Source of the DNA: Bacilli bacterium
GTDB taxonomy: Bacteria > Bacillota_I > Bacilli_A > RFN20 > CAG-826
Direction: 5' to 3'
Length of the DNA: 64,000 nt
NCBI GenBank assembly: GCA_045631885.1
Contig: JAZQVN010000035.1
Coordinates: forward strand, 67,726 to 131,725
Below, one piece after another: positions 9,360 through 19,706 of the stretch. The notes beneath the pieces were generated by a model. The model was not told the DNA's origin and did not search any database. It worked only from the letters and a program-made list of their open reading frames with translations. Each line of letters opens with the position of its first letter. Positions within the stretch are counted from its first letter, which is position 1. Made by a program: the position numbers and the translations under genes.

Positions 9360-9698
9360 TTAATCTCCGTAATCTGAACCACGACTCTTATCCTCAACGA
9401 ATATTTTTAGTGGGTCAGTGATGTCAGTTATCTCTAAGAATATATAATCTTCAACATTTGTTAATGGGCAATCATAGTTACCAGTGTAGACCACTCTTTT
9501 TTCTTTTCTCGCACGATTAATAATTTCATCGACGATTGATTGATATAACTCTGGATGATGATCTTTAAACCCTTTTAACATCGTGTAGAAAACTGGTTCA
9601 ATATAAAACCTTGATCCATCATCTAACTCATATAAAGAACAGAATGGATTATCTTTATCTTCAATTAATTTTAAGTCTTTAAATTCTTCGTGTTTCAT
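9360..9698 (-). CDS. Hypothetical cytoplasmic protein
   Basis: 112-aa ORF whose start overlaps the rlmH stop (4-nt overlap), so it is probably co-transcribed. Confidence 0.5.
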   Translation of the reverse strand: MKHEEFKDLKLIEDKDNPFCSLYELDDGSRFYIEPVFYTMLKGFKDHHPELYQSIVDEIINRARKEKRVVYTGNYDCPLTNVEDYIFLEITDITDPLKIFVEDKSRGSDYGD

Positions 9699-10174
9699 TT
9701 GTGGTAAGTCTCGTTTCTTAATATCTTAAATGCGCGGTAAATTTGCTCTAATAATATCAATCTAGTCATCTGATGTAAGAAGGTCATTTTGGATAAAGAG
9801 ATGGAGTCATTGCATCTTCTTTTTAACTCATCACTTAATCCATAAGAACCCCCGATAACGAAGGAGATTAATGAACCCCCTAAAACGAGTTTTTCATTCA
9901 AAAACTCCGCAAATTGGGGACTTTCTAACTCTTTTTTGTTTAAATCTAGTCCAATTAGGTACTCGTTATTTTTGAGTTGTTGAAGGACTTTTTCCCCTTC
10001 TTTATTCTTCGCGATTTCTATCTCTGAATGGTTGGGGTTATTTGGTATTGGTTCATCATTTAATTCCACGATTTCGATTTGGCAATATGGTCTAATTTTC
10101 TTTAAATAATCATCGACACCAATCTTCAAATAGTTCTCTTTAATTTTACCAATCGCATAGATTCTAATTTTCAT
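9695..10174 (-). CDS. rlmH: 23S rRNA (pseudouridine1915-N3)-methyltransferase RlmH
   Basis: 159 aa with SPOUT pattern: MKIRIYAIGKIKE...IGGSYGLSDE...LSKMTFLHQMTRLILLEQIYRAF. Confidence 0.88.
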   Translation of the reverse strand: MKIRIYAIGKIKENYLKIGVDDYLKKIRPYCQIEIVELNDEPIPNNPNHSEIEIAKNKEGEKVLQQLKNNEYLIGLDLNKKELESPQFAEFLNEKLVLGGSLISFVIGGSYGLSDELKRRCNDSISLSKMTFLHQMTRLILLEQIYRAFKILRNETYHK

Positions 10175-10919
10175 TTAAATTACCTCCATGTGTTGATACC
10201 CATTGGTTCGCGCATCTGACATCATACTTTTCAATATTCACGCCAAAGTGCTTGAAGATTTTATGATACGCGGTTAACGCAGTTTCAGGAGTATTAGCCT
10301 CTTCTGATAAATGGGCTAAGATAATTTGTTTAGTTTTATCACCGATTAATTCTAATGTCGTAATCGCGGAATCTTCATTACATAAATGTCCTTGTTCAGA
10401 CATGATTCGATTCTTTAATTCATAAGTTCTATTTGTTAATAAAAGCATCTTGATATCATGATTTGATTCGATGATCAAATAATCTGGATTAGAAGCGATA
10501 TCTTTGCTCTCTTCTAAGAACACTCCTGTGTCAGTGACATAAGTTAATTTCTCATTATCCGCTTCTAAGATAAAGCCGCATGGATTGATCGCATCATGAC
10601 TTGTGGGAAACGGAGTAATTGTAATGTCTTTAATCGTAAAAGGAACAAAGTTTTCCACCACATTGCTTAATGAAGAAGGGAGAGTTCCTCTTAAACCATA
10701 CATAATCTTTGGAGATAAACTCTTTAAATTTGAAATATGGTCAGTGTGATTATGAGTAAATATCGCTGCGTCGATATCTTTAACTGTTAAATCAAATTCT
10801 TGTAATCCTTCATTTAAGCGAGTTAAAGAAATCCCCATATCAATGAGGATGTTCGTATTTTTGTGACTGACAATAGTCGCATTACCTTTAGAACCACTAG
10901 CGATAATGTTGAATTTCAT
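10164..10919 (-). CDS. MBL-fold metallo-hydrolase (YycJ/WalJ-like)
   Basis: GSKGNATIV...HNHTDH motif. Sits between dnaB and rlmH, as in other Bacillota. Confidence 0.8.
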   Translation of the reverse strand: MKFNIIASGSKGNATIVSHKNTNILIDMGISLTRLNEGLQEFDLTVKDIDAAIFTHNHTDHISNLKSLSPKIMYGLRGTLPSSLSNVVENFVPFTIKDITITPFPTSHDAINPCGFILEADNEKLTYVTDTGVFLEESKDIASNPDYLIIESNHDIKMLLLTNRTYELKNRIMSEQGHLCNEDSAITTLELIGDKTKQIILAHLSEEANTPETALTAYHKIFKHFGVNIEKYDVRCANQWVSTHGGNLNEN

Positions 10920-10921
10920 AA

Positions 10922-12436
10922 TTAATCGTTCATGCTTTGGTTTGCGATATTACGCATTTGTTCTTCCCATTCTGGAGAAGGCGAGTCAAATCTACCGAAG
11001 GCTTTGTAGAAGAATAAGCCACAGACACCAGTTTGACCGTTTCTGTTCTTAGCAACGTTAATTTCAATATATGAAGCATCGCCAGGCATTTCTTCACCAC
11101 GTTGTTTCTCTTGAGCGGCTTTCGCTAATTCGAATTTTTCGCTATCACTTAAGCGGCCACCTTTCTTATTTCCTGGATCTTTACGGGTGTTTTTATAATA
11201 GTCTTCACGATATAAGAGCATGACGACGTCAGCGTCTTGTTCGATAGAACCAGAATCTCTTAAGTCGGAAAGCATTGGTCGTTTAGTATCACGTTTTTCC
11301 ACATCACGAGATAATTGTGATAAGACGATAACTGGGACTTTTAAGTCTCTGGCTAAACCTTTTAAGGCAAGAGAAATCTTACGGACTTCTTCTTGACGAG
11401 AATCGTTACCACGACTTGATGTACCGGTTTGAATTAAACCTAAATAGTCAACGACGATTAAACCTAAATCTGGATGTTGAGATTGTAATTGTCTAGATTT
11501 AGCGATGATATCCATTAATTTGATACCTGGAGAATCATCAATATATATTGGAGCGGAGCTAACTTCTTTAATCGCAGAAGCGACTTTCGCTCTTTCTTGT
11601 CCGTTTAAAACACCAGAAGAAATTTTCGTTAATGAAACGTTACTAGCCGCGGCCACTAAACGTCTGACTAATAATTCACTAGCCATTTCTAATGAGAAGA
11701 TAGCGACTGGAACTTGTTTTCTTGTCGCTGCTTTATAAGCAAAGTTAAGGGCTAAAGCAGTTTTACCAACTGATGGACGAGCGGCAATAATTGTTAACTC
11801 TGTCTTTTGGAAGCCTTGAGTTAAGTTATTGAGGTTATCATAACCTGTGGTTAAACCTGTAACGTTATCTTCATCGTATTTTTGTTGAGTGGATAAAGCC
11901 ATTTCAACCGCTTTTGCGACTTCAGATGCAGTCTTAAATGTTGAGACTCTTCTTCTTTCTGTCGCAGATTTAATAATTTCTTCACTACTGGCGATAAACG
12001 CATCGACATCTTCAATTTCCTCTGTGCGATATTGATTATCGATATGTCTAATCGCTAAAAGCATATTTCTTAAAACTGATTGGTCTCTCACAATGTGAAT
12101 GTAAAATTCCAAAGATGATAGAGCGACCATGGAGTCGGAACACTCTTGTAAATAGTTAACTCCACCGATGTTTTCTAATTCCTTGATGTTGATTAATTCT
12201 TCGGTCACGGTTAAAACATCAACCGCGATATTCTTCTTTTGTAAAGCCGCCAAAACACGATAAATGATTTGGTGTTTACCTTCATAAAATTCAACTTCTT
12301 CTAATTCTGCAAGCACTTGATAAAGCGCTTCTTTTGATAATAAAGCCGAACCTAAAACCGCCCTTTCAGCATCACTATTATGAGGAAGGTCGTTTCTTAC
12401 TTTTTTACCAATTTTCTTTGGGGTTTCTCCTGGCAT
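10922..12436 (-). CDS. dnaB: Replicative DNA helicase DnaB, with a C-terminal insertion and extension
   Basis: Contains NSDAERAVLGSALL, Walker A ARPSVGKTALALN, and SQLSR/IEQDADVV blocks. About 39 extra residues are inserted before the final strands. Confidence 0.92.
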   Translation of the reverse strand: MPGETPKKIGKKVRNDLPHNSDAERAVLGSALLSKEALYQVLAELEEVEFYEGKHQIIYRVLAALQKKNIAVDVLTVTEELINIKELENIGGVNYLQECSDSMVALSSLEFYIHIVRDQSVLRNMLLAIRHIDNQYRTEEIEDVDAFIASSEEIIKSATERRRVSTFKTASEVAKAVEMALSTQQKYDEDNVTGLTTGYDNLNNLTQGFQKTELTIIAARPSVGKTALALNFAYKAATRKQVPVAIFSLEMASELLVRRLVAAASNVSLTKISSGVLNGQERAKVASAIKEVSSAPIYIDDSPGIKLMDIIAKSRQLQSQHPDLGLIVVDYLGLIQTGTSSRGNDSRQEEVRKISLALKGLARDLKVPVIVLSQLSRDVEKRDTKRPMLSDLRDSGSIEQDADVVMLLYREDYYKNTRKDPGNKKGGRLSDSEKFELAKAAQEKQRGEEMPGDASYIEINVAKNRNGQTGVCGLFFYKAFGRFDSPSPEWEEQMRNIANQSMND

Positions 12437-12437
12437 A

Positions 12438-12890
12438 TTACTTTCCTTCCTCTACGATGTGAACCTTAATTTGGCCAATCACACCTTTGTGTAGTTCGAT
12501 CTTTAAAAGATAGACTCCAAGACTATTAAGGGCTTCTTTATCAATAATCTTTCTTCTATCGATTTGTATGTTATGTTGTTTGAGCATTTCTTCTTCGATT
12601 TGTTTTGGGGAAATACTACCGAATAACTTGTTGTCTTTACCGACTTTCATTTGGAAAACGATTTCAATACCTTCAAGTCTTTTTGCTAATTCTTGCGCTT
12701 CTTTTTTCGCATTTTCTTCAGCAATTCGGGCATCTTCTTGTTGTTTATCGAGAATTTCTTTACTTTTGTTAGTGACAGGAACCGCTAATTTGTTGGGAAA
12801 TAAATAGTTCGCAGCATAGCCATCGCTGACACTCACAATCGCGTCTTTTTTGCCAAGTTTCTTGACGTCTTTCAATAGGATAACTTTCAT
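12438..12890 (-). CDS. rplI: 50S ribosomal protein L9
   Basis: MKVILLKDVKKLGKKDAIVSVSDGYAANYLFPNKLA. Confidence 0.93.
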   Translation of the reverse strand: MKVILLKDVKKLGKKDAIVSVSDGYAANYLFPNKLAVPVTNKSKEILDKQQEDARIAEENAKKEAQELAKRLEGIEIVFQMKVGKDNKLFGSISPKQIEEEMLKQHNIQIDRRKIIDKEALNSLGVYLLKIELHKGVIGQIKVHIVEEGK

Positions 12891-12892
12891 GA

Positions 12893-14929
12893 CTATTCCT
12901 CCTCTTCACCTTTACGGTTTCTATCATCGTTTGTCGCTTCGGCTAAGTAAGTATCTAAGACGTTAATCAAAGATTCTCTCACTTCGTCGATGCTTAATTT
13001 TTCAAATGTCACCGCGGACATTGAGTAGTGACCACCACCACCTAATTTTTCCGCTAATAATTGGACGTTAACTGTGCCATCACTACGGCAGCTCATCTTG
13101 ATTTCTCTACTGCTTGTATGACCTAAGACGAATGAAGCGTGGATACCTTTAAATTGTAAGCAAGCGTTACTAGCTTTAGAGATAGTCACTTGGTCAAAGA
13201 TTTCCGCTGGGTTAGCGATTGCGATAACAACACCATAGAATGGGTGTTCCATATTTCTGATGATGTTATTGACGGCTTTATATTCTTCTAAGTCATCTTT
13301 TAAGAAGTCATCGGCCAAGGAGTTATCCGCGCCGTATTCTTTAAGAATCGTGGAGGCTTCAAATGTTCTAATACCGGTATTTCTACTCTTGAAGAAGGAA
13401 GAGTCTAAGAAGATACCAGAGAGCATGATTGTCGCGTATGTTGAAGGCATTTCAATTCTTGGGTTGATAGATGAAAATCTAATAAATTCAGCGATAATTT
13501 CACAAGTTGAAGATGCGGCTGGATCGATGTGGTTGAAGACAGGGTTTTCAATATATTCTTCTGCTCTTCTATGATGGTCGATAACGACAATCTTGGAACA
13601 TCTTTCAATTAATCTAGGCGCCATTGTCATCTTTGGAATATGGACATCAACAACAACTAATAATGTATCTGGGTGAATCAGAGATTCAGAATCTTTTGAG
13701 TTAATAACAATCTTTTCTAATTCTTCTCTAGAGAAGGAAGATGTCATCGCTGATCTAGTTTTTAATTCTGTAGCTTTTAAGTCAGCGACAATCATGGATG
13801 GAATTTGTAATCTATTACAAATGGCTTTAATACCTAAACAGGCACCGAAAGCATCCATATCCATGTTGGTGTGACCCATAATCAAAACGTTAGAGGCATT
13901 TCTTAATAAAGAAATAAGGGAGTCTGCAAGAACACGGATTTTAACTCTGTTACGTTTTTCTTGGGCTTCAGTTTTACCACCGAAGAATTCCATTTCACCA
14001 CCGAAAACGCTGACGACGACTTGGTCACCACCACGGCTAACAGCAATATTTAAAGCACTGTTGGCTAATTCGTTTAATTTAATAACATCTGGGAAGTCAT
14101 GGGCTAAACCGATAGAAAGAGTTAATGGGATATCTTCACCAGAGGAGATTTCTCTAACTTTATCGATGATAGAGAATTTATCTGCTTTCATTCTAGAGAA
14201 TGAGTCGTAGTTACAAAGCATAGAATAGTTATCATCTTTAACTCTTCTTAATAAAATGCCATATTCTTTTGCATACGCAAAGATAACGTTTTTAACTTTA
14301 GTAACAACGTCGTTGAAATCATCTTCACCACGGATAACATCAACATAGTTATCAATCGCTAAAATACCAACGACAGGGGCTTGTTCTTTAGAATAAGCAA
14401 AGATTGATTCAAAGTCTGTGATATCTTTGAAGATCCATAATCCAGCATCCGCTAAATATTTAACTTCATAGTTACGGGAGTTAATCACTGTTTTAACAGT
14501 GGCATCTGGGTTATTAGTTTCTTTTAATATCTTTAAGTCACTACACCAATCAAAGATTGGAGTGTCGATAACTTCAATGTGTCTTTCTTTAAATAAGTCA
14601 TTTGTCCAGATAATGATATCGTTATCATCAGTAACCATTAAACCGATCATCGCGAAGTTATAAGCTTCTTGAACATCACCACCGATAACTTCAGCAGCGC
14701 GCAAGTCTGTCTTTTGTCTTAATGATGAAAGGGATAAGGAAACTACCCAAACAAATAAAGAGTCGATAAAAGCGAGAATGGAGGCACCTAAAATGATGTA
14801 CATATTTGGGATGGTATCGACGTAAAGAAGTTTATTGAAATATAAAACACAAAATGCCGCTATTAAAACTAATTGAACGACAATGATTGTAAATGATGCC
14901 GTTTTGATTCTTTTAATCTTATTTCCCAT
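12893..14929 (-). CDS. gdpP: Cyclic-di-AMP phosphodiesterase GdpP (DHH/DHHA1, membrane anchored)
   Basis: Two N-terminal TM helices, a degenerate GGDEF-like middle, then DHH (MDMDAFG, DHH) and DHHA1 (GGGH). Conserved position upstream of rplI-dnaB. Confidence 0.85.
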   Translation of the reverse strand: MGNKIKRIKTASFTIIVVQLVLIAAFCVLYFNKLLYVDTIPNMYIILGASILAFIDSLFVWVVSLSLSSLRQKTDLRAAEVIGGDVQEAYNFAMIGLMVTDDNDIIIWTNDLFKERHIEVIDTPIFDWCSDLKILKETNNPDATVKTVINSRNYEVKYLADAGLWIFKDITDFESIFAYSKEQAPVVGILAIDNYVDVIRGEDDFNDVVTKVKNVIFAYAKEYGILLRRVKDDNYSMLCNYDSFSRMKADKFSIIDKVREISSGEDIPLTLSIGLAHDFPDVIKLNELANSALNIAVSRGGDQVVVSVFGGEMEFFGGKTEAQEKRNRVKIRVLADSLISLLRNASNVLIMGHTNMDMDAFGACLGIKAICNRLQIPSMIVADLKATELKTRSAMTSSFSREELEKIVINSKDSESLIHPDTLLVVVDVHIPKMTMAPRLIERCSKIVVIDHHRRAEEYIENPVFNHIDPAASSTCEIIAEFIRFSSINPRIEMPSTYATIMLSGIFLDSSFFKSRNTGIRTFEASTILKEYGADNSLADDFLKDDLEEYKAVNNIIRNMEHPFYGVVIAIANPAEIFDQVTISKASNACLQFKGIHASFVLGHTSSREIKMSCRSDGTVNVQLLAEKLGGGGHYSMSAVTFEKLSIDEVRESLINVLDTYLAEATNDDRNRKGEEEE

Positions 14930-14978
14930 AATAAGTACCTACTCTCGTAATTTACATTATAGACAAATATTTATAAAT

Positions 14979-15019
14979 AATAAATACAACTTCGCATTTT
15001 GCGAATAATTGTATTTATT
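14979..15019. promoter_or_regulatory. Long composite hairpin/palindrome upstream of the gdpP operon
   Basis: AATAAATACAA-c-TTCGC-atttt-GCGAA-taa-TTGTATTTATT, two nested perfect inverted repeats of 11 and 5 bp. Confidence 0.3.
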
Positions 15020-15165
15020 AAAGTAAAGAAAAATCCCGTTTTCACAGGATAATTCTCTAATGGTTTGTGCTATTAATATATCACTAAATCTAAAGTTAAC
15101 AAAGTTAAAATATCATTTGTGGAAGATTAGACACACTATTAACATCTTCGTAAATCATTATAAAA

Positions 15166-15192
15166 CAAAAAAAGCAGGAATTAAATCCTGCT
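15166..15192 (-). terminator. Terminator of the GPH transporter gene
   Basis: AGCAGGA-attaaa-TCCTGCT hairpin with a T-run on the minus strand. Confidence 0.65.
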
Positions 15193-15208
15193 TAATTTGT
15201 ATTATGTT

Positions 15209-16834
15209 TTATTGAGCTTCAGCTGGTTGAGCTTCGCCAGCTTTTTTGTGTTTTTCTTCAAGTTCTGCGACGATCTTTTGAACTTTGTCTTCATCAAGTG
15301 AATAACAGAATCTTAATAAGATGAAGGAAGCTGCGAAGACTAACATAATGACACCGATAACGATGACGCCAAACCAGATTAAGGATGTGCGGCTGACTTG
15401 GCTTAATTGTTCAGCGATTTCAGTGTTGAATTGTTCTTGGGAGATTGCTCCAGAATTCAATTCGCCTTCTAAGTTAGAGATAGCGTTAATCGCGAATGCT
15501 GTACCAGTAATCGCATAGGTAAGGAACTGTAAACCTCTATTCAAACCAGAGGCAATCTTAACGTCTAATGGTCTCCAAGCAAAGCAGATGGATTCTTTTC
15601 TCTCACCTGTGGTGAGTTCGCCGTAATCAATCGCGTCTTGGAACATAACTAAGACTGCGAGATAGAAGATACCAGAAGCACCAAAGAATAAGAACGCCAA
15701 GACATAAAGTAATGACATTGATCCACCGAAGATCCAGAACATATTGTTGGCATCTGGTGTATTCCAGGCGACTGGTTTATCACCGAAGATTGGGAATGCG
15801 ACAAAGAAGAAACCTAAATAAGAGAGTAAGACAATAATTGTTGATACAGTCAATATTTGTTTTCTCTTAAATTTCTTAGCGAGCATTGGATAGAATGCTT
15901 GTGCGACAACGGTAGCGATGACGTAGAAGGCTGCGATCGCGGTAGCAACCATACCGCCTTTACCACCACCATAGCCATAAACCATGTAGAAGTAGTTTTG
16001 ACCAATACCGGTTAAGATAAAGCTTCCTAAATAATAGAGGAGCATACCAATCGCGGCGAATAATAATTCTTTATTTCTCTTAACGACTCTAAATAAGTCG
16101 AGAATTGATGAGTGTTCACTGATTTCATCTTGCTCAGCGTCACGAGCTTTCTCTTTACAATAAATGTAAATGAGTGTTTGTGAGAGTAAGAATAAGAAGG
16201 CGATACCAATCGCGGTCATCATGTAAACTTGAATTGTTGAGCCTAGTCCTAAACCAGGTAAGACGAACATTGCGATGTTCATGAAGAATGTACCGATAGA
16301 AGCGGCAATCGCGGTGTGAGTTGTTAATTTTGCTCTTTGAGCAGGATCACTTGTTAAAGCTGGTAACATTGACCAATAACCAATATCATTCATGGAGAAG
16401 AAAGCATCCCACATGATGTACATGATAATCATGAAGACGACATATCCCCAGCCTCTAACTCCGCTGAATAAGAATGGCACTAAGAACATCGTGGCAACGA
16501 CTAAAGCATTACCAATAGCACCGATTTCAATCCATGGACGGAATTTTCCGGCTTTGAAATGACATTTCTCTAAAATAAAGCCCATGAGTGGGTCGTTAAT
16601 ACCATCCCAAACTAAGGCAATCATCATCGCGATTGTGATGACACCGTATTGGGCTTGGAATTCACTTGGATCTGTTGATAGCACGCCTGCTGTGATAGCG
16701 TACTGCATAAGGAATGTACCAATTAAAGCGTAACATGCGTCTCTAAAAATACCTGACCAAGGGAAAAGTATCTTAGTGATCTTTGGAACATTGTTACCTT
16801 CAAAGGTGTGATTCCTTGAAGAATTTGTTTCCAT
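15209..16834 (-). CDS. Glycoside-pentoside-hexuronide (GPH) family sugar:cation symporter
   Basis: WDGINDPLMGFILEK..KAGKFRPW motif and 12 TM helices. Start moved to METNSS, where GGAGG lies 7 nt upstream. Long charged C-terminal tail. Confidence 0.75.
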   Translation of the reverse strand: METNSSRNHTFEGNNVPKITKILFPWSGIFRDACYALIGTFLMQYAITAGVLSTDPSEFQAQYGVITIAMMIALVWDGINDPLMGFILEKCHFKAGKFRPWIEIGAIGNALVVATMFLVPFLFSGVRGWGYVVFMIIMYIMWDAFFSMNDIGYWSMLPALTSDPAQRAKLTTHTAIAASIGTFFMNIAMFVLPGLGLGSTIQVYMMTAIGIAFLFLLSQTLIYIYCKEKARDAEQDEISEHSSILDLFRVVKRNKELLFAAIGMLLYYLGSFILTGIGQNYFYMVYGYGGGKGGMVATAIAAFYVIATVVAQAFYPMLAKKFKRKQILTVSTIIVLLSYLGFFFVAFPIFGDKPVAWNTPDANNMFWIFGGSMSLLYVLAFLFFGASGIFYLAVLVMFQDAIDYGELTTGERKESICFAWRPLDVKIASGLNRGLQFLTYAITGTAFAINAISNLEGELNSGAISQEQFNTEIAEQLSQVSRTSLIWFGVIVIGVIMLVFAASFILLRFCYSLDEDKVQKIVAELEEKHKKAGEAQPAEAQ

Positions 16835-17046
16835 TATTTTTCCTCCGAATAGCACATTTATACTAACTTAAAAACACCCTCTAAACAATAAATAATTGAT
16901 TATTTAAGTTCTAAAATGATAGCCTTAACTATCACTATGAAAGTAAAATTATCATTTTCTATCCTTTTTTATATTAATAAAAAATATTAAGCGTTTTTCT
17001 GAATTTTTTGCATAAAATTTTTTTACATTTTTTTCTTCGATTTAGC

Positions 17047-17070
17047 AAAAAGCCGCCCCGAGGGACGGCA
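17047..17070 (-). terminator. pepO terminator
   Basis: Minus strand GCCGTCCC/GGGGCGGC stem followed by TTTTT. Confidence 0.6.
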
Positions 17071-17090
17071 ATGATTAGTAATTGATTAAC

Positions 17091-18989
17091 TTACCAAATG
17101 ACAACTCTCTTATTTGGAGCGATGTACATTTTGTCAGTCTTCTTCACATCGAATGCTTGATACCATTCTTCAAAGTTTCTTGGAGGCATATTGGCTCTTA
17201 AAACATTTGGTCCGTGAACATCGACTGTTAAGAGTAAGGCTTTGTATTGGTCTTTTGCTTTTTGACACCAGACTTTGGCCCAGTTGATGAAGTATTCTTG
17301 ATAATTTGGATCTTTCATCTTCTTCATAACGTGGAGAGTGACGGCCATACCACCATTATCAGCGATATTTTCACTGACGATTAAAGTGCTATTAACTTTA
17401 CCCCATGGTAATTCGATTCCTTCAAATTGATCAATCATCGCTTTTGTTCTCTTATTGAACTTTTTGAAGTCTTCTTTCGTCCACCAGTTATTGAGGTTAC
17501 CATTTTCATCGCACTTCGCACCATTATTGTCGAAAGCGTGAGAGATTTCATGACCGATAACCGCACCAATACCACCTAAGTTTTGTGATCTAGTTTGTTT
17601 TACGGAATAGAATGGGGCTTGAAGAATACCAGCTGGGAATGTGATGTCATTTCTTGATGGGTCATAACAAGCGTTAACCATATGACCTGGCATTAACCAT
17701 TCATTTTTATCAACTGGTTTATTGAATTTCTCGACTGAATCTAAGAAAACAACTTGGAGAATTCCTCTTGTAACCTTATATAAAGGTTCTCTGGTATTAA
17801 CGATGAATTTATCAAACAATTCATCGACTTTATCTGGGTAGCCCATTTTCACTTTCATCGTTGAAAGTTTTAAGATGGCTTTATCTTTTGTCGCATCAGC
17901 GAGGATGTCATTAGCTCTTACTCTTTCTTTGTAAGCTTCGATGATTTCTTGAACCATTTCGATGACATCTTTTTTAGCTTCTTCACCGAAATATTTCACG
18001 CCGTAATATCTACCAACTGGTTCAGCGAAGAAACTGCCCGCTAATTGATAAGCAAATTTAGCTGGGTCTGCTTCTTTAGCAACGCCTCTCATCGCTCTAG
18101 AGAAAGCTCCAGTAAGATTTCTTAAATCTTCAGAGAGATATTGACCGTTTTGCATAATGAAGCCAATGTAGGCCCAGTGCAAATATTTATTAAATGTTTC
18201 AGCGTTAAATAATGTTTTAAATCCTTTTAAGAATCTTGGATCTTGAACAATTGTAATTTCTGGGATGAATCCAAAGATTTTCTTTAAACAGCTCTTGTAA
18301 TTAATTGGTTTTAATAAACCATTAACTCTACCTGTTTTAAATGGATTATATGCTTTGACATAATCACTCCACTCTTCACTTGATTTAACTAATGTGGCGA
18401 TAACCGCATCAAATTCTAATGCATCATTAACATATTGATTTTTTTCTTCTTCAGATAAATCTGTGAAGTTTAAAACTTGTAAGGCAATACCTTTCCACAT
18501 ATTGAGAAGCATTTCCTTGTTTGGGTTTTCAGGAGCATACATCGTGGTGTCTGGTAAGATTGTTCTTGGACCGCAGATTGTTAAACAGCGTTTATTGCTG
18601 TCTTTGAAATCGACATCGATACTCATTCTAAATGGTAATGGGTATCTATTCATCATGAATGTTTTTAATCTTCTATTCAAAGAATAGGTATCACTTGTGG
18701 ATTTAATTAAAGCTAAATCTTTTAAGATTGGTTTAATTCCGTCTCTATTTCTTCTTTTGACATTTTTTGCTAAAGAATATAAAGCGACCGCTTTTCTCAT
18801 ATTTTCATCTTCGATGTTATCGCATTTTTCTAATTCAGCAAATTCGTTCATCATTGTCTTTTCGACTTCGACATGTAATTCACCAAATCCACCGGCGTAA
18901 GGCATATCATCTGGGATAACTAAAGAATCTAATTTTTCTTGATTAACGAATAAATATAAATCGTCTTGAATTCTCACTTTTTCGTCCAT
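17091..18989 (-). CDS. pepO: M13 family zinc metalloendopeptidase (PepO-like)
   Basis: HEISHAFD (HExxH), ENIADNGG, and C-terminal RVVIW, as in neprilysin-family enzymes. Confidence 0.88.
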   Translation of the reverse strand: MDEKVRIQDDLYLFVNQEKLDSLVIPDDMPYAGGFGELHVEVEKTMMNEFAELEKCDNIEDENMRKAVALYSLAKNVKRRNRDGIKPILKDLALIKSTSDTYSLNRRLKTFMMNRYPLPFRMSIDVDFKDSNKRCLTICGPRTILPDTTMYAPENPNKEMLLNMWKGIALQVLNFTDLSEEEKNQYVNDALEFDAVIATLVKSSEEWSDYVKAYNPFKTGRVNGLLKPINYKSCLKKIFGFIPEITIVQDPRFLKGFKTLFNAETFNKYLHWAYIGFIMQNGQYLSEDLRNLTGAFSRAMRGVAKEADPAKFAYQLAGSFFAEPVGRYYGVKYFGEEAKKDVIEMVQEIIEAYKERVRANDILADATKDKAILKLSTMKVKMGYPDKVDELFDKFIVNTREPLYKVTRGILQVVFLDSVEKFNKPVDKNEWLMPGHMVNACYDPSRNDITFPAGILQAPFYSVKQTRSQNLGGIGAVIGHEISHAFDNNGAKCDENGNLNNWWTKEDFKKFNKRTKAMIDQFEGIELPWGKVNSTLIVSENIADNGGMAVTLHVMKKMKDPNYQEYFINWAKVWCQKAKDQYKALLLTVDVHGPNVLRANMPPRNFEEWYQAFDVKKTDKMYIAPNKRVVIW

Positions 18990-19040
18990 AAAAAGACCTC
19001 CGTATTAGAGATATTATATTACAAACAAATATTATTTGTG

Positions 19041-19703
19041 TTAGTCAATCGCGTAAAAAATTGTATTTTTTTCAAAGAAACCGAAAGCAAAACCAAAGTT
19101 AAGGAATAATGGAATGTTTTCATAGGCTTCAAAAGAGGAACGAGAAGTAAACTCATCTAAAGAGATATTTTCAATATATCCATAAGGATTATATATAGTG
19201 ATATTGTTGTGAGAGATATCTAAACCAGTGATTAAAGAGAAATGGAGTGTCCATTCATTTTCATACTTTGCCGCCCATTCAATCGCGACCGGATTATCAT
19301 TAGATAATGATTGATGAATTTCTTTTAATAACTCATCGTTCTTCAAATAGCTCTTTTTGGTGAATGTCTTATCAATTGAGGCATTAACTTCATTTAAAAA
19401 ACCATTCGAGGAAGAAGTGGAAACTCCTCCACCATTCTTCTTTGCTAAATCGTCTTCCGTCACTTTATTTCCGCAATATGAAGACATCATTTCGACTACC
19501 GCATAGCCACAAGAAATGTGTTGAGTGACTAACTCCACGCCTTCCACTTCTACTTTCGCAGAATACGTATTATCTTCTTTTAAATAATTATAGTCATTCT
19601 TCAAAGAAGAAGTTCTCACTCCAAGGATGATGAAAGGGATCGCAATCGTAAGGGCTAATGAGGTTAAAACAAAGGAAACGATAATAACTATTTTTTTCTT
19701 CAT
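19041..19703 (-). CDS. Membrane-anchored C39-like (papain-fold) cysteine peptidase domain protein
   Basis: N-terminal TM helix, then QHISCGYAVVEMM (candidate catalytic Cys) and WTLHFSLITG (candidate His), resembling Peptidase_C39_2. Confidence 0.45.
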   Translation of the reverse strand: MKKKIVIIVSFVLTSLALTIAIPFIILGVRTSSLKNDYNYLKEDNTYSAKVEVEGVELVTQHISCGYAVVEMMSSYCGNKVTEDDLAKKNGGGVSTSSSNGFLNEVNASIDKTFTKKSYLKNDELLKEIHQSLSNDNPVAIEWAAKYENEWTLHFSLITGLDISHNNITIYNPYGYIENISLDEFTSRSSFEAYENIPLFLNFGFAFGFFEKNTIFYAID

Positions 19704-19706
19704 AGA

